Virus record (IMG/VR): IMGVR_UViG_3300028615_000096
Location: 1-56,609 of that record
From: a virus
Taxonomy: Duplodnaviria > Caudoviricetes
Length of the DNA: 56,609 nt
Strand: one strand, 5' to 3'
Shown here: positions 29,472 through 40,132 of the stretch, piece by piece
Position numbering within the stretch: position 1 is the stretch's first letter
Layout of the letters: every line of letters starts with the position of its first letter
Notes under the pieces: model-generated
Database searches by the model: none
The model's input: the letters and a program-made list of their open reading frames with translations, nothing else
Told to the model about the DNA's origin: nothing
Translations under genes and position numbers: made by a program

Positions 29472-31828
29472 GCTTCGTGGTCTCCGTTGAGCGCCTCACG
29501 ATCACGCTGGCAGACACAGTGGCGTCTGCAACCGCCAACCTGACGCAGGGACAGTCCGTCTCGGATTGTTTCCCGATCGCCAGTTGGGATGCGGACAGTA
29601 GCGCCACCAACTACGACGACACGCAGGTCATGATCGAGTTCTTGACCGGGCCCGACCGCGTGCAGGTGTCCCGGGGCGGCACCTCGGGACAGGTGGTTGT
29701 GGAAGTGGCCGTGGTGGAGGTGGACCCACTGCTCGTACAGGTGGAGACCAACACTGGATCCATGCCGCCGTTCACGATCGGCTTCAACAGCAGTGTGCCG
29801 ATCAACACCGCGTTGTACTTCAGCAGGGCGTTCGGCCTGCACTACAGCAAGGGCACAGGCAGTGGGCTGCCTCGCAACTTCCTGACGCGCCTGGAACTCA
29901 GCGACATCAACGTCGACATCGGCACGAACGTGGACCGCGGCTCTGCGTCCACAGGCACGATCGACTTCATCAACTACGTCATCGCCGACATCGACGGCAA
30001 CCAGTTCAACACGCAGCAGTTCTCCATCTCCTTGGCGTCTAGTGCTGGGTCCGGGCAGGACACTCTGACCACAGCGGTGGACGAGGCGGTTTCTGCGCTG
30101 TTCGGCTCGTGCACCAATGCGTCCACCAGCACAGATCCGCAAGAATCATCCTTGGAGTTGGAACTTGTCGGAGGTTCATCCGGCGCAAGGACGCAGGTGG
30201 AGGTGCGGCGTAACGCCGTTGCTGTGGCTGCGGAGATCCGCGGCGCTGTGGTGACGTTCTTGGACGGCACCTCGGTGCAGCAGATCAACCAGACGATTCC
30301 TTCCAGCTCAGCCAGCGCAGGCTTTGCCATGTCCTCGGTGAACCTTGCACTGGCGGCTGGTAGCACGCCCATTCAACCGGGTAGCCGCATCCAGGAGAAC
30401 ATCGGCGCCGGGGGCGGCTACGGACGTACGCGCCTCAACACAGCTACGACGGGCACCGTCTCCGTAGGCACTGCACTGACTGCTGCGATCGACTGGCAGG
30501 CGGAGGTCATCGCGTTCGCCTCCGGGCAGACGTTCGAGCGTACCATCACGGACACCATCGGGTTGGCGGACAGTCCGCCTGTGGCGGAGATGACCTTTGA
30601 CCGCGTGCTGCAAGACACCATCGCGGCCGTGGACGTGGTCACGCGTTGGGTCTCCTACGTCCGTAGCGTCACGGACAGCGTCACGGTTACAGACCGTGCC
30701 GGCCTGGGCGCCCCCGTCTTCGTGCGCAATGTGCAGCCTGCCGCGGGCACAACTATCCCGCGCTGGCAGGTGGTGGAGTTCGACGTGGCCAGCGCAGGCA
30801 ATCTCACGCTGCTCGCCATCGACTCCGTGCTGCCCTCTGGCTTGCTGGAGCCGGTCTACGCTGACGGATCCGGGTTCACGTCTGCGTTCGCCATCGGTTC
30901 CTCGGCCCTCGCACAGAACTTCGGCAACGACGCTGGGCTTCACGTGGCAGTTGCGCGCCGAGAGGGCTGGGGTGCGTCTCCCATTCGACTGCGGATCACA
31001 GCACAGGCTGGCGGAATTGCTCCGCAGGTCTTCGAGGTCGTGATTGCGGACACCGTGGGTCTGGCGGACACGGTGTCCGGCGTCATCGATGTGCCGCAGG
31101 ACCCCACTTCGATCATTGCTGCTTCCGACCAGTTGGCCTGGCACCGCTGGGACATGGGCATCACACACGCCACTCCGCCCGAAGTGGAGCAGTGGGATGA
31201 CCAAACGCTGGACGCCTACCCGTTGGACGTGGTCGAGGACTTCCGTTACCCGGATCTCGTCGGATCCGGTGGGTTGAACAACCACGGCTACCTCACGTTC
31301 GACAAGTCTCTCCAGGCACATATTGCGCTGCCTGGTACCGGGATCATGCCGACGCCGATGGAGCCGCACATCTATCTGGTTTACCGCTGGCAGGCTGTAC
31401 CGCTCAGCGGCAACCACTACATGGTGTCGATCGGCCAGGGCAACTTGTTCCCACCCAACGACAACGTGTTGGCCATGGTCGCGACGGCCACCGGGTGGTT
31501 CCACATCATCCGCACGGGCAGTGGGTTCTTCTTCATGACCCCGTCGATCACACACGACACCAACTGGCACCTTGCCGAGCTGTGGTATGACGGTGCGAAT
31601 TTGAACTTCCGGCAGGACAACGGCAGCGTCACTTCCGTGGCAGCCAACGGCACGTTCAACGTGAGCCTGCAGAGCGCCTACATCATCGGTTCTTCCGACC
31701 CCAACGGCGGCAGTTCCACTGCGGCTTACGACGTTGGAGAGTGCTTCTCCACGGCGCAGCAGGTCAGCGGGCCGAACCACACCGCGCTCATCGCCTATCT
31801 CAACGGCTACTGGAACGGGGGCTGGTAG
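29468..31828 (+). CDS. Multidomain tail fibre/adhesin with C-terminal LamG-like domain
   Basis: 786 aa; contains copies of the 19-aa repeat, an Ig-like domain shared with the previous ORF, and a DTNWHLAELWYDG lectin-like end. Confidence 0.75.
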   Translation: MSFVVSVERLTITLADTVASATANLTQGQSVSDCFPIASWDADSSATNYDDTQVMIEFLTGPDRVQVSRGGTSGQVVVEVAVVEVDPLLVQVETNTGSMPPFTIGFNSSVPINTALYFSRAFGLHYSKGTGSGLPRNFLTRLELSDINVDIGTNVDRGSASTGTIDFINYVIADIDGNQFNTQQFSISLASSAGSGQDTLTTAVDEAVSALFGSCTNASTSTDPQESSLELELVGGSSGARTQVEVRRNAVAVAAEIRGAVVTFLDGTSVQQINQTIPSSSASAGFAMSSVNLALAAGSTPIQPGSRIQENIGAGGGYGRTRLNTATTGTVSVGTALTAAIDWQAEVIAFASGQTFERTITDTIGLADSPPVAEMTFDRVLQDTIAAVDVVTRWVSYVRSVTDSVTVTDRAGLGAPVFVRNVQPAAGTTIPRWQVVEFDVASAGNLTLLAIDSVLPSGLLEPVYADGSGFTSAFAIGSSALAQNFGNDAGLHVAVARREGWGASPIRLRITAQAGGIAPQVFEVVIADTVGLADTVSGVIDVPQDPTSIIAASDQLAWHRWDMGITHATPPEVEQWDDQTLDAYPLDVVEDFRYPDLVGSGGLNNHGYLTFDKSLQAHIALPGTGIMPTPMEPHIYLVYRWQAVPLSGNHYMVSIGQGNLFPPNDNVLAMVATATGWFHIIRTGSGFFFMTPSITHDTNWHLAELWYDGANLNFRQDNGSVTSVAANGTFNVSLQSAYIIGSSDPNGGSSTAAYDVGECFSTAQQVSGPNHTALIAYLNGYWNGGW

Positions 31829-31851
31829 GCTGGTAGCTTGGAGGTAACGCG

Positions 31852-32397
31852 ATGCCGATCGACGTCTCATGGCCTCTTCTGGCCGACCCTCCCACGCCGC
31901 CGTTGCCCTTGTCGCCGCCGCCGGACCCCGGCACGGATGCCACCTCTGGTGGTGCTCTAGGCAGCGGGCTCAACAACTACATCGGCACCGGCGTCATCCG
32001 CCCCTTCCAGCGAGACCAGAAGCAGGACTACGCCAACGCAGCTGGCATCCCCATCCTAAACACCTCGGTGGGGCAGATTCTGGGCACCATGAGCGACAGT
32101 CCGATCGCGAGCGGGGAGCTGCCTTGGCGCCCGGAGTTCGGTTCCACGCTCTACCTCCTGCGTAACCGGCTCAACAACGTCGCGCTCGCCGACATCGCGC
32201 GCAAGTACGTGGTCGAGGCGCTGGCCCGCTGGGAGCCCCGCATCCGGGTGCGCGCGGTGAAGATCCAACGCCTGGAGGCGCAGGCCGGCAGCGGCCGCAA
32301 CGTCCTTTTCATCCGTATCACCTACGATATTCTCAGCGAGAACTCTGCCAGCAACGAGGTGGTGGTCTCCGGCCTCGAAACTGCAGTAGCCGTGTAG
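31852..32397 (+). CDS. Baseplate wedge gpW / gp25-like
   Basis: GELPWRPEFGS...EALARWEPRIRV. Confidence 0.9.
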   Translation: MPIDVSWPLLADPPTPPLPLSPPPDPGTDATSGGALGSGLNNYIGTGVIRPFQRDQKQDYANAAGIPILNTSVGQILGTMSDSPIASGELPWRPEFGSTLYLLRNRLNNVALADIARKYVVEALARWEPRIRVRAVKIQRLEAQAGSGRNVLFIRITYDILSENSASNEVVVSGLETAVAV

Positions 32398-32424
32398 TAG
32401 TCTGAGCCCGGGTTTCTGCACGCG

Positions 32425-33918
32425 ATGGCTCTGCTCGGCGCAAATCTGGACTACACGGACAAGGACTTCGACAGTCTTCGTCTACGGTTGTTCAACCTTA
32501 TCGAAGGTGCGTTCCCGGAGTGGACGGAGCAGAACGTTGCCAACTTCGGCAACATCATTGTAGAGCTGTTTGCGTTTGTCGGTGATGTTCTGGGCTTCTA
32601 CCAGGACAACCAGGCGAACGAGAGCCGCATCACCACGGCACAGCTCCGCCGCTCGCTGCTGGCCCTGTCCAAGCTGGTGGGCTTCGAGGCCAAGGGGCAG
32701 ACGGCTGCCACGGTGGACCTGCAGGTGGTGCTGAGCGCGGTGCCGGTGGGCGACGTCACGTTCGAGGTCGGCGACCTCTTCCGCACGCAGGAGGTCACCA
32801 ACCCGGTGATCTTCCAGAACCTGATCCAGGTGGTCATTCCCGGCGGTACGGATCCGCCCGTGGCTACGCTGGCGTTGGAGAACAGCAGCGGCGCGTCCGA
32901 GGCCCACACCTCCACAGGCAAGCCCAACCAGGAGTTCACGCTGCAGAGCACGCCATTCTTGGAGGGCTCCCTCTCGATCGTGGCCAGCGACGGTCTGTAC
33001 ACGGTCCAGGACAGTCTGCTGGACTCCACGGCCACGGACCGCCACACCACGGTCACCGTGGACGAGAACGACCGGGCGCGTGTGCGCTTCGGCAACGGCG
33101 TCAATGGCAAGATCCCGGAGGGCACGATCACGTTCACCTACAAGGTAGGTGGGGGGATCACCGGCAACGTGCTGCCCAACACGATCGTGCGCGCCACCAA
33201 GTCCTACGTGGACTCCTTCGCCAACCCCGTGGTGGCCACGGTGACGAACCCGGAGGCGGCCAGCGGCGGCGCGGAGCGGCAGAGCGTGGAGTCCATCCGC
33301 GAAGAGGCGCCCCGTGCCACGCGCGTGGTGAACCGGACGGTGGCCCGGGAGGACTACGAGATCAACGCCCTGCGCGTGGCCGGCGTGGCGCGCGCGGTGA
33401 TGCTCACCAGCAATGAGCGCGAAGGCATCGCGGAGAATCAGGGTCAGTTGGTGATCGTGCCGGAAGGTGGAGGCGCTCCCAGCACGACGCTCAAGAACGC
33501 CGTGTCCACGCTCATCGACACGGAGTACCCCACCACGCTCACGTTCATCTACGAGGTCATCGACCCCACGTACCTGACCGTGAACGTGCAGGCCACGGTC
33601 TTCCTCACCTCGTCCGCCGTCGCCTCTGTGGTGGACGCTGCGATCCGCGCAAACCTGACAGCCTTCTTCGCGTTGCGTGATGCAGACGGATCGCTCAACG
33701 AGAACATCGACTTCGGCTACAACCTGGACGGGGAGCTGCCGCAGTCGAGTGTCTTCAACGTGGTGCGTGACACCACGGGTGTGCGGAAGGTCGGCGCCGG
33801 CCCGGCGGACTTCTTGCTCAACGGGCAGACCACGGATGTGGAGCTGGAGCCCTACGAGTTCCCGACGCTGGGCACGATCACGCTCATCAACGGCGACACG
33901 GGGAGCCCGCTTGTATGA
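32425..33918 (+). CDS. Baseplate J / gp6-like wedge protein
   Basis: LDYTDKDFDSLR, FGNGVNGKIP, NPEAASGGAERQS, RTVAREDYE. Confidence 0.92.
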   Translation: MALLGANLDYTDKDFDSLRLRLFNLIEGAFPEWTEQNVANFGNIIVELFAFVGDVLGFYQDNQANESRITTAQLRRSLLALSKLVGFEAKGQTAATVDLQVVLSAVPVGDVTFEVGDLFRTQEVTNPVIFQNLIQVVIPGGTDPPVATLALENSSGASEAHTSTGKPNQEFTLQSTPFLEGSLSIVASDGLYTVQDSLLDSTATDRHTTVTVDENDRARVRFGNGVNGKIPEGTITFTYKVGGGITGNVLPNTIVRATKSYVDSFANPVVATVTNPEAASGGAERQSVESIREEAPRATRVVNRTVAREDYEINALRVAGVARAVMLTSNEREGIAENQGQLVIVPEGGGAPSTTLKNAVSTLIDTEYPTTLTFIYEVIDPTYLTVNVQATVFLTSSAVASVVDAAIRANLTAFFALRDADGSLNENIDFGYNLDGELPQSSVFNVVRDTTGVRKVGAGPADFLLNGQTTDVELEPYEFPTLGTITLINGDTGSPLV

Positions 33919-35045
33919 GCCCTCCCGTAGAGAACCCCTCCTTCGAGGAGGCGGGCGCCACTCTCGGCTCTGCGGCTGATTGGTCCACGTCGGTTGTCTC
34001 CTCCGAGGAGGTGTTCGCCGACTACGGACTGAACCAGCAAGCCTTCTCGCCGGACACCGCCAGCGTGGAGACCTTCGAAGAGGGGTGGTTTGGCCCCGTC
34101 GACTCGGAGGTGGACAACGTGGGCCCGGAGATGTCTGCGCGCACCTCTGAGGCCCTGGGCTACGCAGATCGTCTGATCGTGGAGCTGAACGGCGTGGTGG
34201 TCTCCACCACGGAGTCCGTATCCATCCCCCAGCAGCTCTTCGTGTCCGCGTTCCTCTACCCGGCCGTGGTGGACCTGGAGTTCCGCATCTTCGGGCCGGG
34301 TACCGCGCCGGATGACACGGAGCGGTACGAGTCGGATTGGGGTGTGGTGGACGCTACGCGCCTGGCGCGGCTGTGGCCGGTTGGGTCGCCCCCGGACTAC
34401 CAGTTCACCTTGTCACCCGGCCTGGAGGAGGCCGACTACGACACGTCCGACGCGGACCCCGGCACGCCAGAGACCTTCGCGGTTGGCTGGGGTGAGGTAC
34501 TCACCACGCTCGACCCCATCACCGGTCCGCAGCTTGCGCTTTACGACGGTGCTACCGAAGACCATGAGACGTTCGAGACTGGGTGGGGCCAGGAAGCCGC
34601 CCCGTCGTACACGGACGCTGCGTACGGCAGTGGCAAGGGGGACCCGGCACCCACCGTCACGTTCGAACCCTTCGAGGATGCGAACGAGGAGGTCTGGCCT
34701 TCCGTTGAGGTGCTTGGCACGGATGCGCCCACCGACGTGCTCACGACTGCTGACCTCTCCGATCCGCTTGTGGGGAACACGCCGATCGAGGTGGGGTACG
34801 CAGATCCGGTGACGTTCGAAGCCATCTCTGATGGTGCTGTGCTTCCGACACCGCTGACGTACGACACGGAGTGGTTGGCCTCACAGACAGGCATCGGCAC
34901 GCCGGACCCCAAGTTCTTCTACCTCTACGCGAACCAGAACGACTATCCCGGCACCCGCGTGGATATCACAGCGGGGCCGGTCGGGCGGTTCCAGATCACG
35001 TTCAATCCCGCGCGGTTCTGGACTCGCGTGCTGAACCTTCTATAG
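33915..35045 (+). CDS. Acidic baseplate/fibre-attachment protein
   Basis: 376 aa; repeated ETFE.GW motifs; overlaps baseplate J stop. Confidence 0.7.
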   Translation: MSPPVENPSFEEAGATLGSAADWSTSVVSSEEVFADYGLNQQAFSPDTASVETFEEGWFGPVDSEVDNVGPEMSARTSEALGYADRLIVELNGVVVSTTESVSIPQQLFVSAFLYPAVVDLEFRIFGPGTAPDDTERYESDWGVVDATRLARLWPVGSPPDYQFTLSPGLEEADYDTSDADPGTPETFAVGWGEVLTTLDPITGPQLALYDGATEDHETFETGWGQEAAPSYTDAAYGSGKGDPAPTVTFEPFEDANEEVWPSVEVLGTDAPTDVLTTADLSDPLVGNTPIEVGYADPVTFEAISDGAVLPTPLTYDTEWLASQTGIGTPDPKFFYLYANQNDYPGTRVDITAGPVGRFQITFNPARFWTRVLNLL

Positions 35046-35054
35046 GGAGTAGCC

Positions 35055-35786
35055 ATGGCACAAGCAGACTGGAGTGCACTTTCGGACAACGCTGCAGCCA
35101 CTGTGCTGGACAACGGTGTGACGTCCGGTACCGACAAGCCGGCAGGCGGCGGCACGCATGTTTACGGTTTCCGCAGCTTGGAAGCGACCGACAGCGTGGT
35201 CGGCTACTTCACGGGCCAGGCCGGCTTCGTACCCACCACCAAGGGCGGCTCGATCCGCGGCGCCATCAAGCGCGGCCCGTCGTCCGGTCCCACCGGGTTC
35301 GCGCCCTTCTTCTTCATCGGACTGCAGGGCACCTCGATCGGGGACGTGGCGTACATCCTGGGACTCTCGGACGCAGACCCGTACCACATCGTGCTCCGCA
35401 AGGGCACGCTGGACACGGGCGTGGCGGACGGTCCCGTGGACCCGGACGGATCGGACAACGTGCTCATGCGCTCCACGGAAGCGTTCTCCGACGCGGAGTG
35501 GTTGCACCTGCGCATGGACATGATCGTGCAGGGCACGGGCGACGTGGTGCTGCAGATCTTCCAGAACGACCTGGACGCGAACGACGTCGCGGCACCCAGC
35601 TGGGTGGTGGTGCCCGGCATGGAAGGCCCGCAGGCCCCCTCCATCGACGGTTTCGTGGACGACTCTCTGGGCATCAACACAGGCAGCGTGCCCCTCACCG
35701 CGGGGCGCATGGGCTACGGCATGCGTTCGCAGGTCGTGGGCGCCACCTCCTTCGTCGACCACCTTCAGTGCGCCCGCCAGCTGTGA
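35055..35786 (+). CDS. Beta-sandwich (ConA-like) structural protein
   Basis: 243 aa; GGGAG RBS; WLHLRMDMIV strand pattern. Confidence 0.7.
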   Translation: MAQADWSALSDNAAATVLDNGVTSGTDKPAGGGTHVYGFRSLEATDSVVGYFTGQAGFVPTTKGGSIRGAIKRGPSSGPTGFAPFFFIGLQGTSIGDVAYILGLSDADPYHIVLRKGTLDTGVADGPVDPDGSDNVLMRSTEAFSDAEWLHLRMDMIVQGTGDVVLQIFQNDLDANDVAAPSWVVVPGMEGPQAPSIDGFVDDSLGINTGSVPLTAGRMGYGMRSQVVGATSFVDHLQCARQL

Positions 35787-35789
35787 GTC

Positions 35790-36185
35790 ATGTCCAGTCC
35801 CTTTGCGCTCAACAGAGGTATCACCCAGCAGCGCATCGCTTCGGCGAGCGCGCCTGACGGGTCGTACCTTTTCGAGCTTGGGGACAGCAGCAACGGTGAC
35901 GCGAGGTTGGCCGCGGGGGACTACCACGAGGTCGACCAGGACATCGTCATCCCACCGGAGATCTATCTGATCCGACCCACCGTGAAGCTGCGGTTGCGGG
36001 ATGACCTTCCAGCAGGGCGCTCCTGGTTGCTGCGCGCCTTCTTGAACGGCACTGAGGTCTACGCCAGGACCTTCACCATCAAGCCGCCCACCAGTAGGAC
36101 GCTCACCGACATCGCGATCCCGCTCAACGACGCCAACGGCGCACCGAGCACGGACAACATCGCCTTCCGCCTGGAGCTTGCCTGA
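35790..36185 (+). CDS. Hypothetical structural protein
   Basis: 131 aa, beta-rich, in operon. Confidence 0.65.
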   Translation: MSSPFALNRGITQQRIASASAPDGSYLFELGDSSNGDARLAAGDYHEVDQDIVIPPEIYLIRPTVKLRLRDDLPAGRSWLLRAFLNGTEVYARTFTIKPPTSRTLTDIAIPLNDANGAPSTDNIAFRLELA

Positions 36186-38113
36186 TGGCGTTGGTCAAGC
36201 TGCCTAGCGTCCAAGTCGACGCGGTCAATCCAGACAGCCTCGACGCTACCCGGGGCACCATCTTGTCCACGATCGGCCAGCCCTTTGTGCTGGCAGACGC
36301 ACAGACGCTGATCGTGGACGTGGACGGCGGCGGCGGGCAGGTCATCGCCTTCAATGCCGTCGACTTCGCCAACATCGCGCTGGCGTCGGCGGACGAGGTG
36401 GTGAACGTCATCACCAACGCGCTGACCGGGGCGTTCGCGACCAACGAGTCCGGGCAGATCCGGATCACCACGGACACCTATGGCACCACGGGGTCCGTGG
36501 AGGTCACCGGCGGTACGGCCGCGGCTGCCTTTGGCTTCCCCGGTGGTGCGCAGGCGGGCACGGACGCCACCCCGCAGTACACGCTGATCAACCGCATCCC
36601 GGAGCCGGGAGAGATCGAGGTCCCGCAGTCCTCGGGCATCCAGATCGACATCTACGAGTACGGCGGTGGCGGTGGTGGTGTCCCGGTGACCCTCATCGAG
36701 GTCACGGTGGAGGGCGTGCTGGCCTACGACGGGGATGGTGGCGGCTTCCAAGCGGGCTTCACCGGAACGGTCACAGCGGGCCTCAGCACGGGCCTCACGC
36801 GCATCGTCATCAACCCGGACACCGACTTCACCAGCAAGCAGGTGGTCGATGTCGACGTGGACATTGACGGCGGCGCCTACACGGAGAGCTACAGCTTCAC
36901 CGCGCAGGACACGGAGGCGCCGCAGATCTCTGCTGTGGATGCGCGCAGCAAGACCGTGGTGCGCGTCACCTACGCGGAGCCGGTCAAGCAGACCTCGGCC
37001 TCTGACGCAGATGACGCGCTGAACCCGGCCAACTACGCCCTCCTGCGCCAGTCCGTGCCTGCCGTGAACGTGGTGCCCGTGTCTGTGGCGGCCGTGGACG
37101 CCTCCACGGTGGACGTGACCGTGGACGTCGAGATGACCTTCGGTGCTCCCTACCGGATCACGATCGGCAACGTGGCGGACCTGGAGGGCAATCCGTTTGT
37201 GGCGCCCGCCAACTACGTGGACTTCATCGCGTTTATCCCCGACTTCCCGGCCGGACGACGCTTCCGCCTCATCGAGTTCATCCCGCTGATCAATCGCGAG
37301 GAGGACGTGTCTGGTGAGCTGCACCTGACGATCGCGATCTTCCAAGAAGTCACCAACCTCATCCTCTGCGAGATCGATGAGTGGACCAACATCATCGATC
37401 CGGACCTGGCGCCGGAAGCGTTCGTGGACGCCATGCTCGCGGACATGGGCAACCCCTTCGGCCGCTTCGACCTGGAGGAGGTGGACAAGCGCCGCCTGCT
37501 GCGCAACCTGATCAGCTTCTACCAGCTGAAGGGTACGGAGCGCGGGATCATCAACGCCATCCGGTTCTTCCTGGGCATCGAGGTGGCGATCGACATCTTC
37601 AACGGGGAGGGGTGGGAGCTGACGGACACCCCCAACCGGGTGGCAGGCCCGGGCACCACGGGAAGCTCACCCTCCTTCGAGTCCGGCATCGCAGAGGTGA
37701 TCGATCTGCAGGAGACCCTGATCGTGGAGCTGAACGGCGTGGTGGTCTCCACCTCGACGTCCGGTTCTTCGGAGGGTGAGGTTGGCGACGAGCTGAATGA
37801 CGCGGATGGCACGCTGGGCGTTCCTCCTGCGATCTTGGGGCCGAGCCCGGCGGGCCTCTACAGCTTCTGCATCCTCTCGCCTGTTGACCTCACGTTGGAA
37901 CAGGCCGAGAGCATCGTGTTCCTCGCCAACTACCTCAAGCCTGCACACACCCACCTTGTGTGCATTGTTCAACCCAATGAACCAACCTTCGACACCAGTG
38001 GACTTGGTGTTGAAGTCGTTTCAGTCACCGGTCCCGCTTTCGACCATGTTGAGCTAGGCTTCTCGGAGCTTGGCGGTGGTGCTGGGCAGCCGGGCACCTG
38101 GATTCTCCACTAG
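36185..38113 (+). CDS. Baseplate wedge tail protein I-like with N-terminal Ig-like domains
   Basis: IDPDLAP..FVDAMLADMG, YQLKGT.RGI.NAIRFFLG, YLKPAHT. Confidence 0.85.
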   Translation: MALVKLPSVQVDAVNPDSLDATRGTILSTIGQPFVLADAQTLIVDVDGGGGQVIAFNAVDFANIALASADEVVNVITNALTGAFATNESGQIRITTDTYGTTGSVEVTGGTAAAAFGFPGGAQAGTDATPQYTLINRIPEPGEIEVPQSSGIQIDIYEYGGGGGGVPVTLIEVTVEGVLAYDGDGGGFQAGFTGTVTAGLSTGLTRIVINPDTDFTSKQVVDVDVDIDGGAYTESYSFTAQDTEAPQISAVDARSKTVVRVTYAEPVKQTSASDADDALNPANYALLRQSVPAVNVVPVSVAAVDASTVDVTVDVEMTFGAPYRITIGNVADLEGNPFVAPANYVDFIAFIPDFPAGRRFRLIEFIPLINREEDVSGELHLTIAIFQEVTNLILCEIDEWTNIIDPDLAPEAFVDAMLADMGNPFGRFDLEEVDKRRLLRNLISFYQLKGTERGIINAIRFFLGIEVAIDIFNGEGWELTDTPNRVAGPGTTGSSPSFESGIAEVIDLQETLIVELNGVVVSTSTSGSSEGEVGDELNDADGTLGVPPAILGPSPAGLYSFCILSPVDLTLEQAESIVFLANYLKPAHTHLVCIVQPNEPTFDTSGLGVEVVSVTGPAFDHVELGFSELGGGAGQPGTWILH

Positions 38114-38141
38114 CCTCGGGTGTACGCTCGGGAGGAACGCC

Positions 38142-40121
38142 ATGAATCGCAAGGACTTCTTTTTCAGGCAGAAGGTGACCGAGGCCGAGCTGGACGCGGC
38201 CTTCGACGACGTCGAGCAGGCATTCAAGGCGTTCGTGCAGGGCTTCAACTACGTTGGAGTTGCCCTGGGCGCGGATGTGACCGAGGCGGCGGTGCCCAAC
38301 CTGACGGTGGACGCCAGCGGCCCGGCCATCATCTATGACCAGACGCAGGAGCGGATCGGGTGGACCACCACCCAGAACGTGAACGTGGCTGTGGACGAGA
38401 ACGGGGTGTCCACGGCGGTGGCGGCGGCGCCCAACGAGAAGTGGGTCAGCATCTTCGCCAAGTTCAAGCGGGACCTGCAGGACCCTCGCGTGGACGGCAA
38501 CAGTGACACGGTCTTCCACGAGCGCAACGAGAGCTTCGAGATCAACGTGGCGCAAGGCGCGGAAGCGCCCATTGGCACCGCCACCCGTCCGGGCCTACGC
38601 GGGGACCAGATTCTGCTCGCGGACGTGCTGCTCACCTTCGGACAGACCACGGTGCTCAACGCTGACATCAGCACCACGCGCACGGAGGTCATCTACGACC
38701 TGACCGGCAGCCCGCTGGCGATTCAGGAGAAGGGCCTGCAGGCCGTGCTGCAGGCCATGGTGGACCAGATCAACCTGATCTCCACCACTGGTGCTCTGCT
38801 GGGCGCCACGCAGACCTTCACCGGGGACAACACGTTCGACGGTGAGATCATCCGCGACGCTGCGCGCGATCCGGAGGACGACTGGCTGCGTAGTGAGGCG
38901 CCCGGAGCGACGAGCGATGCGGTTCTGCTCGGACGCTTTCGCGTCGACACCGCGCCCGACCGCTGGTGCCGCCTGTACTACACAGGGGCGACTCTTGGCG
39001 GCGGCTTCATGATGACCTTCAACTGCCGCTACGACGTGGGCGCCACTCCGGGGCAGGAGTGGATCATCGACGACGTCGGTGAGCTGGTCACGCGTGTCAT
39101 CATGGGCGAGGACGGCTTCAAGATTCAGGGCTTCGACACCACGCCGGCCAGCCCCTTCGCCAACGCGGACTGGACTGACGCGACTCAGACCGCGTCTGGC
39201 ATCGATGTCGACCCCTCGGACTTCGAAGCTACCATGCAGAACATCGGCTTCGTGTTCACCGCCACGGACGCCACGCTGCCTATCGTGAACTCGACGCAGT
39301 TCCCGGATGCGCATCCCGGGGAGCCTGCCAACTTCTACAAGCTGCTGTTCCGGGCAGCTACTGACTCTGGGCACGGCGACGTCCGCTTGTTCGCTACGCA
39401 GACCGGCTTTGCGATCACCGTCAACGCGTTCTGGGACCCCACTGCTGGCGCGTCTGGTGAGTGGGCCGCAGACGTGGCTCACGCCACGGACAACCCCGCG
39501 CTATTCGTCAACTTCTCCACCACGTCCGCCCCCAACGCGGCGATCTCTGTTCTCATCCAGGCCGACACGTCTGTGGCGTGGACCACCTTCGACAACTTCG
39601 GCTTCAACGTTGCCGGCATGGGCGACATGCAGATCGCGGGGAACTACAACTACGCTTCTTCTCGCCTCAACACGATCAAGGAGCTGAGTGCTTGGAAGGG
39701 GGCGAACGCCGACCCTGTGAACCTGTGGACCGGTGCCGGCGGGCAGCCGGGGCTCGACGGCGAGATCATCGCCACGGCAGCGAGCGCGGTATGGGTGGTG
39801 CCCCTCAACCTTCCCGCAGGCAACACGCTGACGCGCGTGGAAGCGTTGGTGAGCGCGGCGGGCGCCTCTGCGATGTTCCTGGCCGTGTACGAAGTCGCCG
39901 GGCACGACTACGGCGGCACGCCTGCGACCCCCACCCGGACGCAGCTGGGCATCCTCGACTCGACCGGTGGGGCGGGCCTTGACGTGCTGTCCACCGGCTC
40001 GTTCAGTAACACCGCGGATCCGGACAAGGCGTACATCGCGGTCATCGGCTCCGGGCAGGCGTCCGACAAGATCTACGGCGTGCGTATGTGGTTCACCGAC
40101 AACGGAATGAACAACCGGTGA
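38142..40121 (+). CDS. Main tail fibre protein
   Basis: GGAGG RBS before ATG 38142; MNRKDFFFRQKVTEAELD baseplate anchor; follows gpI-like gene. Confidence 0.75.
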   Translation: MNRKDFFFRQKVTEAELDAAFDDVEQAFKAFVQGFNYVGVALGADVTEAAVPNLTVDASGPAIIYDQTQERIGWTTTQNVNVAVDENGVSTAVAAAPNEKWVSIFAKFKRDLQDPRVDGNSDTVFHERNESFEINVAQGAEAPIGTATRPGLRGDQILLADVLLTFGQTTVLNADISTTRTEVIYDLTGSPLAIQEKGLQAVLQAMVDQINLISTTGALLGATQTFTGDNTFDGEIIRDAARDPEDDWLRSEAPGATSDAVLLGRFRVDTAPDRWCRLYYTGATLGGGFMMTFNCRYDVGATPGQEWIIDDVGELVTRVIMGEDGFKIQGFDTTPASPFANADWTDATQTASGIDVDPSDFEATMQNIGFVFTATDATLPIVNSTQFPDAHPGEPANFYKLLFRAATDSGHGDVRLFATQTGFAITVNAFWDPTAGASGEWAADVAHATDNPALFVNFSTTSAPNAAISVLIQADTSVAWTTFDNFGFNVAGMGDMQIAGNYNYASSRLNTIKELSAWKGANADPVNLWTGAGGQPGLDGEIIATAASAVWVVPLNLPAGNTLTRVEALVSAAGASAMFLAVYEVAGHDYGGTPATPTRTQLGILDSTGGAGLDVLSTGSFSNTADPDKAYIAVIGSGQASDKIYGVRMWFTDNGMNNR

Positions 40122-40132
40122 GGTAGATCACG

